Below, piece by piece: positions 12,450-23,244 of a stretch of 64,000 bases of DNA; the stretch's first letter is position 1; every line of letters starts with the position of its first letter. The translations under genes and the position numbers were made by a program. Source of the stretch: Tubulanus polymorphus (taxonomy: Eukaryota; Animalia; Nemertea). The notes beneath the pieces were generated by a model. It ran no database searches and had not been told where the DNA came from. It worked only from the letters and a program-made list of their open reading frames with translations. Location: positions 16,864,110 through 16,928,109 of the forward strand of contig NC_134030.1 of assembly GCF_964204645.1 (NCBI RefSeq). Direction: 5' to 3'.

Positions 12450-12956
12450 ATTCAAAGTTTTATTTAAAGATTCAATTCATAATGATAAAAATAGATCGAT
12501 TCCAGAAAACATTGTATATCATTGTATAGATATCAAAATTATTTAGATAAATCTCATGTAAGACTAAATTATTGTATAGGCCCTAATCTATTAATTATTT
12601 CTAATGATTTAGTACTAAAGATCGGAAACATAATTGGTTACAATAATCTAATTAAAACTGCAACAATAAATAATTCATTTGGATTAAATGATATAAATAA
12701 AAAGATTACCGCTATAAAATTAATGGAAGGTGAAAAAAATAAAAAACATATTCAATCAACAGAAACTAAAACTTAGAATATTAAATTAAATAATGATTCT
12801 AAACCGGATTATAATACATCAGAAAATATTAAAACTGATAATATTCGACATGATATATTTAAAACTGATAATGATAATAAATCCCATGAAAATACTAAAT
12901 TAGCTTTAACTTGTATAGGAATTGTTATAGGAGGAATATTATATTTTAAATTTTAA
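12450..12956 (+). pseudogene. C-terminal half of a conserved Polinton hypothetical protein; 5' part missing
   Basis: YRYQNYLDKSHVRLNYCIGPNLLIISNDLVLKIGNIIGYNNLI followed by a C-terminal hydrophobic tail LALTCIGIVIGGILYF; no start motif upstream. Confidence 0.5.
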
Positions 12957-12972
12957 TTTTTTTATTATATAA

Positions 12973-14386
12973 ATGGATGTAGAAGGTGGAGAAGATATTG
13001 GAATGGATAATTTTGATGAACCTGGCATAACTGATGAACAACAACCTGATTTTAGTGAAACAAGTTATAATGGTGGTAATGAGCCAGGATATAATAAATT
13101 TTAATATGCCTGATTATATTAAAATGCAGAATCACAATTAAATCCTGAAAACTTAGATCCAGATTTAGTAAAACAAGATTTATATAATTTAAACAAAATA
13201 GAGAAATTAGAATATATAATTGAAAATTCGAAACTTAACGTAAATGATGAAGACGTTGGACCTTTAGCAGATAAATTAATTAGATAATGGTAAATGTTAT
13301 TATCGTTTGAAAGGTGATTATCATATTTATATCACTAATCAAAGGACAAAACTAAAAAAATATTAGCGGAATCAACTTTGAAAAATTTAGAAACATTTAG
13401 AATTAAGAGAATAAGTAATAGTAATGAAATAACTGATGTTACACAAAAAGAAATAGATGATAATATAGACGTATTTAAACAAAGAATTAATGAATTATTT
13501 GAAATAATCAAAAAGAAATCAGAAACAGAAACAACTTCTGAACAGAATATAACTTCCAAAACTAGTAAACTTAAATCAAATAAAGTTTCAATTGAAAAAC
13601 TTTTACCGAATGGATTAATTGATGCAACAGATCAAGAATTAGAAGATTTAAATAATATATTTTCTGTTGAAGCAATTAGAGAAATTAAAAGTATAAGACT
13701 TGCATCTGATTAAATTGCGCATGATAAAAGTATGAGATTTTAAAATTAGAACTTTAGAAAAAGAATTAACTGATAAAAATAAAGAAATAGAACAATTAAA
13801 GTCTGTTTTAGATCATCAAGTAATTGATGAAATAGAATATAGGCAAAAAGAATTACGATTAGAATAAGAAATTAATAATTTAAAAGATAATTTAGAAGTA
13901 CAGAAAGAAGAAATTAAATTGTTATTAAAATCATATGATTATAATATTAATAGATTAAAATTTATTTTTAAAGATTTGTTGATAAAACCAAATTCTGAAA
14001 TATCATTGAGAGATAGAATAAAGTTATTATTTAAATTAGAAGGAATAACAATTCTTTCAATTCTAACAGCTGTAACTATGTTATTTACAACAATAGGTTT
14101 AGCAATATCAAATGCTTTGAAATCTACTCCTACTCCCAATAAACCAGATAAACCCCCAGATAATAATTCTATACAAGATGGTTTAAAGAAATTAGCAAAA
14201 TATTTACGGGAACTATCTAAAAAATCTGCTGCAGCTTTACCAGGAATTATTGCATCAATTGTTGGTTTTATATTGAAATCTGCAGGAAACATTATTAACT
14301 TTGCTGCTGAACATATTATTTTATTTTTAATTACAGTTGTAAGTGCTATTATTTTTGGGTTAGTGAATATGATAAAAAATAAATAA
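12973..14386 (+). pseudogene. Polinton coiled-coil protein with C-terminal hydrophobic/amphipathic helices (putative membrane-associated protein)
   Basis: ATG in the ATAAATGG motif; ORF pieces 13378-13713 and 13919-14386 with ITILSILTAVTMLFTTIGLAI and AAAALPGIIASIVGFIL. Confidence 0.65.
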
Positions 14387-14406
14387 TTAATTTTTTTGTT
14401 AAATAA

Positions 14407-15655
14407 ATGGGTGGGAGTGATATAAGTCCTCCTAAGATTTCTAGAATATCTAATGCTATTAAAGCAGAAAGATCACATCATATAATTACACATAATCCTT
14501 CAAATATTAATCCCGATGAAACTTTATATGTTAGAATTCCTAGATTAACACAAAATACTTTTTTATGTTCCAAATAGTATTTATTTATCAGCTGATATAA
14601 AAGTAACTGGTCATGATAATAATTATGTTGTTGATAATGTTGGGAGATATTTGATTAAAAAATTGACTATAAAGATTGGTCCAGAAACAGTTTTCTCATT
14701 AGATGATTATAATTTATTTATGCATTATAAAGATTTATGGTTAACTAAAGAAAATAGAAATAATATGATATTTCAGGGTATTCAATCGGATAACCATAAT
14801 AAATTAAGATCAGGAGCTAATGACGCAATAGTAACTCGTGCCACAGATAATTTGATTAAAAAGATTTATGGAAGCAAATATAAAATTCCATTAGACTTTG
14901 AATTGATAAATAATAATGCACCTTTATATAAATATGTAATTCAAGAAGATATTATATTTGAGATAACATTTGCTCCTGTAAATGAAATTGTATTATCTAG
15001 CGTTGTTAAAGATATGGGTTATAAATTATCAAATATATGTTTAGAATATGACACAGTAACTAATGAAAATATTGCTACCACAATTCAAACTCAATACAAT
15101 CAAGGATTTTCATTATTATATGATTATATTGATAAATTTAAAACTGTAACTATTAATGCAAATCATGAAATAATTAATGAGAATATTAACTTCCCAAGAA
15201 GATCTATTAAAGGTATATTAATATTTTTTACCATTGCAACATATTCTAATGGCGCAATAAAGGTAGATAATTATTATAATCCTGAAATAACAAAAGTAGA
15301 AATAACTATCGAAGGAATAGCAAATAAAATATTTTGTCAAGGAATGAGAATGATAGATCAATGGCCAGAAATTAGAAAACATTTTATGAATGAAAAAGTA
15401 AAATCATTTGAAAATTGTAATATTAATCAAATTGATTATTATACCGGCAATAAATATGCATTATGGTTAGATTTTAGAACAACAGAGGATAATTCATTAC
15501 ATGGTTCTGGGAAAAAACTACAGAACACTAAAGATGGAATACAATTATTTATGAAAAAGAAAAAAGGAAGCTTAAATTTTAAAATGCACATTTATATTAT
15601 ATCTGACGCACAATTAAATATTGTAAATTCACAATTAGATAGTATTCAATATTAG
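14407..15655 (+). pseudogene. Putative major capsid protein (one frameshift near 14560)
   Basis: About 415 codons when joined; HNPSNINPDETLYVRIP, VDNVGRYLIKKLTIKIG, LSNICLEYD, YALWLDFRT; size, apparent beta-rich pattern and position next to INT/ATPase fit a double jelly-roll MCP. Confidence 0.7.
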
Positions 15656-15685
15656 AAATATAAAGTTAAAATTAACGATATATAA

Positions 15686-16809
15686 ATGGGCGGTAAAAAA
15701 ACTCCTAATACTAAAGAACAATATTTAAGAAATTTATATTACAACCCTGAGAGTTCGGTTGCTTATTCTTCTACCAAAAATATATGGCGTCAAGTAAAAC
15801 AAGATAAATTAGATAAGATAATCCCACAAAATTTAGTTAAATATAAAGATATAAATGAATTTATGTTAGAACAACCAACATACACAACGCATAAAAAAAT
15901 TGTTAGAAAATATAAAACTCGTAAAACTATGGTAAGTTATGTAGATCAACAGTGGCAAGGAGATTTAATTGATATGAAAAAAGAAAGATAATAATGATTA
16001 TTGGTGGTTATTGAATATAATTGAAATTTTTAGTCGTTATGTATGGAGTTTCCCACTTTATAGAAAAGATGCTGTACAAACATCAAATGTTTTAAGAAAA
16101 TTTCTTTCGGATGATAAACTAAAACCAGAAAAAAATACAATTTGATGATGGGAAGGAGTTTGATAATTCACTTGTTCGTGAACTCTTAGATAATCATAAT
16201 ATTAAATATTTTTCAACAAAATCGGATAAAAAAGCAGCAGTTGTTGAACGATTTAATAGAACATTAAGAACAAGAATGTGGAAATATTTTACAGCAAATA
16301 ATACTTTTAAATGGATTGATGTTTTACCAAAATTGATAGAAGGATATAAAAATTCTTATCATTCTTCTATTTGAATGAAACCTATTGATGCTAGAAAACC
16401 TGAAAATGCTGAAATTGTTTGGAATAATTTATATGGAGCATTTCTTGTAGATGATTTTGGTGAACCTAAATTTAAAGTTGGTCAAAATGTTAGAATTTCT
16501 AAGTATAAAAAGATATTTGATAAAGGATACGATCGAAATTTTACTAGAGAAATATATAAAATAAAAAAGGTTATAACAACAAAACCATATGTCTATAAAT
16601 TAGAAGATTTAGATAGTGAAGAAGTTGATGGCTACTTTTACGAAGAAGAATTGAGTTTAACTACTGAAAATCTAGAACAAGAATATAAAATTGAAAAAGT
16701 AGTAAAAACAAAAACTATTAAAAGAAAAAAATATTCTTTAGTAAAATGGGTTGGATGGCCAGATAAATTCAATGAATGGATATTATCAAGTAAAATTAAA
16801 AATATATAA
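15686..16809 (+). pseudogene. Retroviral-type (rve) integrase with C-terminal chromodomain
   Basis: QWQGDLIDM, DDGKEF and KAAVVERFNRT (DDE triad); YKIEKV...LVKWVGWPDKFNEWI chromodomain; frameshifts and a stop. Confidence 0.93.
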
Positions 16810-17417
16810 ATGTATAAGGAATTATTTATATTTGAGCCTCATAATATGTTAATTTCTGGCGTAACAAATTGTGGAAAACTTATTTTATATTAAATTTATT
16901 AGAAACTGTTTATGAAAACTATTTTGATAATAAAGTATAATTTTGTCCAACATATGAATTTAATCCAACTCATGATAGAAATATTACTAGAAATAATAAA
17001 TTGATTATATTAGATCCTAAAACAGTAAAAGAAAATTTAGATAATTGTATAAAGATAGCAATTGATATTTATAAAGGATCAAATACATTATTCATTATAG
17101 ATGATTGTGCTAATCTACATGATTCAAAAGTTAGAGAGAGTGAGTTATGCTATTTAGCTTTTTCTGGCAGACATTCTCGGATAACAACTTGGGTTTTAAA
17201 TCAAAAATATAATTCAATTGTTAAAGACTTTAGAGAAAACATTAGATTTCTAGTTTTATTCTACAATAAAGATAGAAAATCGATGAAAAATGCACTTGAG
17301 GAAAATGATATTATTCCACATGATTTACATAATGAATATATGGATAAGTTGAAAAATATTAAAAGATCAAAATTACTATTTAGATTACAACACCCATTTA
17401 AATATGAATTTATTTAA
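16810..17417 (+). pseudogene. A32/FtsK-like genome packaging ATPase
   Basis: Walker A GVTNCGK(T), Walker B LFIIDD, SGRH and LNQ motifs; frameshifted after Walker A. Confidence 0.88.
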
Positions 17418-17419
17418 AT

Positions 17420-17695
17420 TCAACTAGCTCGTTAATCTAGTTGAATTCTAGTTACATTCTAGTTGAATTCTAGTTATTGGTAGTTGGAACAAAAATCAAC
17501 TAGATTTAACAATATTTTAACTAGCTTGTTAATCTAGTTTAATTCTAGTTACATTCTAGTTGAATTCTAGTTATTGGTAGTTGGAACAAAAATCAACTAG
17601 ATTTAACAAGAAATAAACAAAAACAACAATATTTCAACTAGCTTGTTAATCTAGTTGAATTCTAGTTACATTCTAGTTGAATTCTGGTTGCAACA
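17420..17695. repeat. Palindrome-rich tandem repeat (~2.6 copies of a ~100-117-bp unit) inside the Polinton
   Basis: CAACTAGCTTGTTAATCTAGTTGAATTCTAGTTACATTCTAGTTGAATTCT repeated at ~17421, ~17518 and ~17635. Confidence 0.9.
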
Positions 17696-17721
17696 TCACA
17701 ACTAATTTTTTTGTTATATAA

Positions 17722-18327
17722 ATGGTAGGTGAAAAGAAAATAAAATCTAAAAATGGTGATGTTCCAATTGAAAAAACTTTAGATGATTTAGGAATAACAG
17801 AAAACAAATTAATTCCAGATGATGGCGCTTTAAATAATGTTACAACAAATAATAATTATGAATATTATCTTTATTGTAAACATCAATTAGAAATATTAAT
17901 AGCATCTGGAAAATGTAAAAATTTTGTCGGTAAAAATTTCACTTATAATGAATTAGATACAATGAAATCAGATGAAATTATTAGATTATTTAAGATTTAT
18001 GAAGCCGCGAGAACAGCTAGAATTAATGACGCGATATCAGAAAATGTAGTAAAAGGTTATAGTAAATTATGTAATTATATACTACCAATTGAAGATGAAA
18101 ATAGATTATATTCCTTTTTAAAAAATGACTATTTAGTTATGACTGAATTACATAAATGGATTGGATATTTATCATTTCAATTAGGTGGATCTATGACATT
18201 ATTATCAACTGGAGTTTTAACATTTTCAAATATTGAAAGTAAAAATATTTCTATAATAAATGAACAAGGTGGAAGAAGTGAAGGAATTAAATGTGAAGAA
18301 AAAACCGAGATCACAGAAACAAATTGA
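17722..18327 (+). CDS. Polinton hypothetical protein (201 aa)
   Basis: Open ORF starting at the shared AATTTTTTT-N5-ATAAATGG motif. Confidence 0.65.
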   Translation: MVGEKKIKSKNGDVPIEKTLDDLGITENKLIPDDGALNNVTTNNNYEYYLYCKHQLEILIASGKCKNFVGKNFTYNELDTMKSDEIIRLFKIYEAARTARINDAISENVVKGYSKLCNYILPIEDENRLYSFLKNDYLVMTELHKWIGYLSFQLGGSMTLLSTGVLTFSNIESKNISIINEQGGRSEGIKCEEKTEITETN

Positions 18328-18628
18328 ATGGTCTCGGCAATTAGGAATTAAATCACAAGAATATAAAAAAGCTGTAAAAGAAAAAATAAGTAGTAAAAAT
18401 GTTAATAAAAATAGTGAAAATATTGTTATTTCTACTCCTTCTAATGATAGAATATTTGATAAATGTCTATATTTTACAGTTGGATTTGTAATTGTATTCA
18501 TTTTGATTGGGTGTAATTGGTATAAGAAATCAAATAAAATTCATGATATTAATAATTCTGAAACAACTGCTATCAAAAATGAAAATACTTCTGAAATTCC
18601 AAAATTGACAATAAAAAAAATGGATTAA
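18260..18628 (+). CDS. Polinton small protein with one predicted TM helix
   Basis: ATAAATG start; hydrophobic CLYFTVGFVIVFILIGCNW segment. Confidence 0.6.
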   Translation: MNKVEEVKELNVKKKPRSQKQIEWSRQLGIKSQEYKKAVKEKISSKNVNKNSENIVISTPSNDRIFDKCLYFTVGFVIVFILIGCNWYKKSNKIHDINNSETTAIKNENTSEIPKLTIKKMD

Positions 18629-18759
18629 TATTTTAGAAAAAAAAAGCAAAAAAATAATTTTTTTAAATTAATTGAATATTAATTGAATATCCCTCTACTT
18701 TTGTCTATCTATGCGGAGCAATTAAATTGTCCAGATAAGTCATTTCGGATTCTAGATAT

Positions 18760-19118
18760 TCATTATTTTTATTAATTTATTTTTTTAAATTTAATCAACA
18801 ATTTCTAAATCATGATGGCCATCTTCATTTTTTCCATGATAGATTATTTTAAAGCCTTCTAAATCTTTTAATTCCTCTGTACTCAATGAAACCCATTTAT
18901 CAGGTAAAAATACTTAAAATTCTCGCGATGTACTAACATTACAGTAGCTTAAATTAGCTGATACTTTCTCTCCATATTTAGTTTTTATCTTTTCTAATTT
19001 CAATATTTTATGTTCAATTTCTTTTGTAACATCAACTAACTTTTTTATTTCAAATTGTTTTTTTTGCTGGTTTTATTCTGTTATTTATTGTTGCTAAGAA
19101 TGCTTTTCTATCTCCCAT
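18760..19118 (-). pseudogene. Degraded small Polinton ORF(s) initiating at the right-end repeat
   Basis: Minus-strand ATAAATGG starts at 19118 and 18896; broken reading frames. Confidence 0.35.
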
Positions 19119-19497
19119 TTATAAGGAAAACAAATTACTTGTGGTGATGAGTGGGGATTACTTCCCCCTGTATATAACAAACACGCTATTAACCGTTCTC
19201 ACCCAAGCCTCACAGCATCTATTTATCTGGGCACAGTTGACACGCAATCACTGTACTACAGTAATAGCACACGCGTTAATAACCGTTCTCAGTAGAGACT
19301 CACTGTATCGATCTATCCACGCGCAGCTGTTGTTACGCGCACTCACTGTATATGTGTACCACAGAGCAATCGTCCGTTCTCACTAGAGCCTAGCTGTGAT
19401 GAGTGGTGTCTCATACTCAATTGATTTATTACTTGTGGTGATGAGTGGTGTCTCGACTGCTCGACCTCTGGTATGAAAGCCTACTTTCCCAATTACT
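19111..19497 (-). repeat. Polinton right TIR/subterminal region with internal direct repeats
   Basis: GTGATGAGTGG three times (~19144, ~19396, ~19438), CCGTTCTCA three times, CACTGTA three times; ends AATTACT then TSD. Confidence 0.85.
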
Positions 19498-19895
19498 CAT
19501 GGACCATCGCCCGAAAAACTTTCAGGTTTTATATTGCAGGTCGCAAAGTTACGACTTGGTGCAATTGGAATCGGCGTGCCCTTACGAGGAATATCGCGAC
19601 GATCTCTCAATGGAGACATCTCATTTCGGGGCATATTCAAATCTTCAGTACTATGGCTACGCGGACCAAGCGAAGGCGAAGAGGCACGAGTTATCGGACG
19701 GCTCATCTTAACGGATTTTCTTACGCAAAAACTATGAGATAAAGACGGACTATTATAAACCCTATACTCATTCGACAACGTGTAATCGACTTAAACTAAT
19801 TCGTCATGTGATGTTTCTGGGTATTTGATCCGAAACCGAGGCATCCAACCACAAAAAAGAATACATCGCAATAGCCGAGAGGATTATGATAAATC
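19498..19895 (-). mobile_element. Gypsy element 5' part: leader and gag N-terminus, continuous with the sequence ending at 6019 once the Polinton is removed
   Basis: ORF ends NIKPESFSGDGP and joins through the CATGGA TSD to WQDYRLSFETV. Confidence 0.9.
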
Positions 19896-19913
19896 ATCCC
19901 ACCGCTGCCACCA
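19896..19913 (-). promoter_or_regulatory. Primer binding site complementary to the tRNA-Leu 3' end
   Basis: Minus strand TGGTGGCAGCGGTGGGAT, 4 nt from an LTR end (...CGCTACA). Confidence 0.85.
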
Positions 19914-19917
19914 TTTT

Positions 19918-21410
19918 TGTAGCGTAAGGGAGGGGGGAATAAGCGAGCACGCAGCGTCCGCTCCGGTGTCTTCTCGCGACACGAAGTCTCCTCAGGGAAG
20001 TGGGTTTGCACGCTTCCGGTCACTTGGTTCTTCGAGTTCCTCGTGGTAGCATGAACGGCGAGGGGGAAAGTGGACGTCGCTACATAAGTTCGCTGATGTC
20101 GAACGGACTCTTTTAGTATACAATCTAATAACGCGCCCTTGGATGGAACCGGAGCGAAAACGCGACATGACGCTTGATGGAGAACCGGAGTTCGATCGCG
20201 CAACCAAGCGTCGCGAATTCAAGAAATAAAATAGTAACGCGCACTCGGACGGAACAGGGGCGGAAACGCGATAGGACGCTCGCATTTTAGTATACAATCT
20301 AATGCACCCTCGGATGGAACCGGGGCGAAAACGCGACAGGACGCTTGGTGGAGAACCGGAGTTCGATCGCGCAACCAAGCGTCGTGAATTCAAGAAATAA
20401 AATAAAAGCGCCCCCTCGGACGAAACCGGGGCGGAAACGCGATAGGACGCACGCATTTTAGTATAGCTACTAAATTAGGCCCAATCAAAGGAACGGTAAC
20501 TTTAGATGAAAATAACGAGCGAGACCGGTTCAGGACACGGCGACAACTCGTCCACCCATCCGATCTACTCAGGTCAGGGTAAGAGGGAAGACAAGAAGGT
20601 CTGCGACACTGCCGGTCCATCACCGATCGCAATGAATAAGGTACACGGAGAGAATCGAATCTCCACGCGCCTTACCCCAAGAGAGTTCTGAATCAGAATG
20701 AATCCCCCTGGACAAACAATTACAAACGTTAATTAAAGAACTGGGAGACGAGCACCGCAATCGGTTCGGAGCATAGAAATACCAACAATAGGTAACGGAG
20801 ATTCCCCTCGCGAGCGAGACCTCGCAAGGGAAGCCTGAAACATAATATAGATGGCTGCGAACGCAAAATATTACGGAACACGCAATTTTTGTAATGTTGA
20901 AACCATCCACAAATCAATGTAATGCGAATGCGCTGGACTTAGAAAATTCTAAGAGATCCACGAAAATTGGGATTCGAACACGCAAGCACAAGAGTGCTAG
21001 CCTAGCGTTTCCCCCAGCGCTATCGCCGAAGCTGCCAGGACTCGTAACTTTCTAACTACTTATAGCCTCATCCTAACCCTACCCTATTATACTAGCCTAT
21101 GTAACGGAACCTAATCCTAACCCTTACCCTCTGGACCTTCTAGACCCTAAACCCTGGACCCTAAACCCTATCCCTTCTGCTATTCAAAAAGCCGCCATTT
21201 TTTATCTTTCCAATATCACTTCCGTTTTTTGGATGGTTTCAACATTTCCTAAATTGCACGGAACACGGAGTGTAAACTATACGATACAGAAAAAGATAGG
21301 ATTATTTACATAACATATAAAAACAGGTAATACGGGTCGAACAGGTTCTAAAAGAGGGTGGGACGGGAGTTGGACTCTGTAGCAGAAAGGAACCCCGCTG
21401 TTCCGCTACA
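19918..21410 (-). repeat. Gypsy 5' LTR (outer boundary uncertain: 20084 or 21410); internal ~172-bp tandem duplication at 20111-20465
   Basis: TGTAGCG at 19918 adjacent to the PBS; complementary CGCTACA at 20078-20084 and 21404-21410. Confidence 0.55.
20882..21257. mobile_element. Non-autonomous MULE-like element (9-bp TSD)
   Basis: Imperfect ~27-bp TIR GCAATTT...AATGTTGAAACCATCC; TSD ACGGAACAC at 20873-20881 and 21258-21266; internal CCCTAA-like repeats. Confidence 0.85.
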
Positions 21411-21479
21411 GAGGCGGATACTAAGTCCCTCGCCCGCGGCCTACGCCTAGCTCTCGCTAGCCGCGGCCTATAAGCTCTA

Positions 21480-23060
21480 GTTGTAGCAGCCTGATGTGCA
21501 CCTCTTTTGATCGGGAAAGTCGCAGATGTTCGATTTCCTGATTGACAAGATTTTTATCTAGACACAATGATTTTCCAGGTGCACAATCAGCATCTTCAAA
21601 GAAAACAAACATATCTGCTTTCTGCCTCACATTCCCATTCAATTTTCTCATTTCACCATCGAAATATTTTGAAATCTAATCGCTTGGTAGAGTCATATCG
21701 AGATCAGATGTACTAGATGCCAAATCCTTGAAGTGGAGGAAGTGACCATAACAAGTAGGTTTGCAGACAGTAATTTTCGGGTTTCCGTAATGTGTCTTTC
21801 TTAGGCCATGGGAGAAAGGTCAAATCCTGACCACCTATGTACCAGCGATCACCGGCCTGTATTTTTCCAGGGTGAGATTGACAGATAGGACGAGGACAGC
21901 CAACTTTGTAGCAGCATGTGAGTGCAACAACATATTTACAAGTCAACTGCATTTCAGGATTGTCGATTACAGATTCGACACTCGAGAAGTACATAAGTTG
22001 CTCCTTTTCTTTTCCCCTGGCTCAGCTCATTCAATCATTCGTTGTTTATCCTTGGCCTTTAAGTATTCTAAGAGCAGAGGGCGCTGAGCCTGCAATTCAT
22101 CTGCCTTTTCACCACATCATGCGGCAGGGTACATGTACATTGGATGGCCATATACATATAGCCATCGACACGGTTGATAAAAAAACTGAGCCGCTGTAGT
22201 CAGGTTATCTTTCACGAGATTTTCATTGGTTTCCCCCTGACGGGATCCCTGTTTGACCCTAACATTTGCGAAGGAATGAAAATGTTTGCTACAGCTCAGC
22301 CAATTTCTCCATTGAGGCGTTCAATTTCATTCAAATATCTATTGCATGAACATCATGTAGTGACATATGTAGCCAGCTTTCCCCCTTTCATGTGCCATTC
22401 TGCCCATAAAAATCTTGTCTCACTGTGCGAGGGACTTTCATCATTCCCTCCACCAACACGGATGCAATCAATTTTTCGATTCATGTATTCGAAATTGTTT
22501 GAGCTTAGATAAATCAGCCTAGTGTTTGAAAGTTTAGGAGTGACTTTTATGGCTTTAACTACACCTGTATATCTGTCGTTTTTATTGTCGTTAGAAGAGA
22601 AGCAATATGACTGTTCTTTGTTCGTGAAATCCGAATACGTTGCCAAATCCAATTCAGATCTATCCATCAGAGTTTTGTGTCTCAATGCTGTTAAAAAGTG
22701 TATAATCTGTGACCCATTGTGTCATCTCTATTCAAGTACATGATACGCCGCTCATCAGTCCCTTGGAGGTTATCTAATGATTTGTAGAATGAGCTTGACC
22801 ATTTAGCGTCCATATTTAACTTAATATTGAAGCCTTTTCTAGGCCTACGACTGACAATATTTGCCGGACTTTTGTAGCGACTACTTGACCTGTTTCGTCT
22901 GTTTGCGAGCAACACACAGTGATGCCATATTGTCAATCCTGAGTTCTATACAGATGGTTAGCATTTTCAATGAAATTTCTGTAGTACACCTCCGGTAGGG
23001 TTCTGTCAAACAGGTTTTTGATCAATGGAATGGTTTCATCAGTTTAGTAAAAAGGGAAAA
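21480..23060 (-). pseudogene. Degraded transposase-like gene of an unclassified invertebrate family
   Basis: LNMDAKWSSSFYKSLDNLQ, YLNRDD, DCIRVGGGNDESPSHSETRFLW, YLNEIERLNG...NIFIPS: acidic motifs consistent with an RNase H-fold nuclease; many stops. Confidence 0.5.
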
Positions 23061-23244
23061 AGGTTTTATCTTCGAGAAGTGTAGATACCCATTTTCAGCC
23101 ACAATACAAACAATAAAAACGTAATATAATATTTAATTAACATTCAACTGTATTTTAAAACCTAAGGTAATGCACTATTGACAGATTATAGACAAGATAA
23201 CACAGATACAGAGAGGATTGCATTATTTACAATTACATTATTTT

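Larger units (their letters stand above)
6020..19497 (+). mobile_element. Polinton/Maverick-like endogenous virus, both termini present (13.5 kb), pseudogenised
   Basis: TIR 6020-6089 matches the reverse complement of 19428-19497; termini AGT...ACT; 6-bp TSD CATGGA at 6014-6019 and 19498-19503; encodes pPolB, capsid-like protein, retroviral-type integrase and packaging ATPase; strongly AT-rich relative to the flanks. Confidence 0.97.

Noticed and set aside
21070-21172. Telomere or interstitial telomeric repeat
   Set aside because: Short, degenerate and internal to a TSD-bounded mini-element
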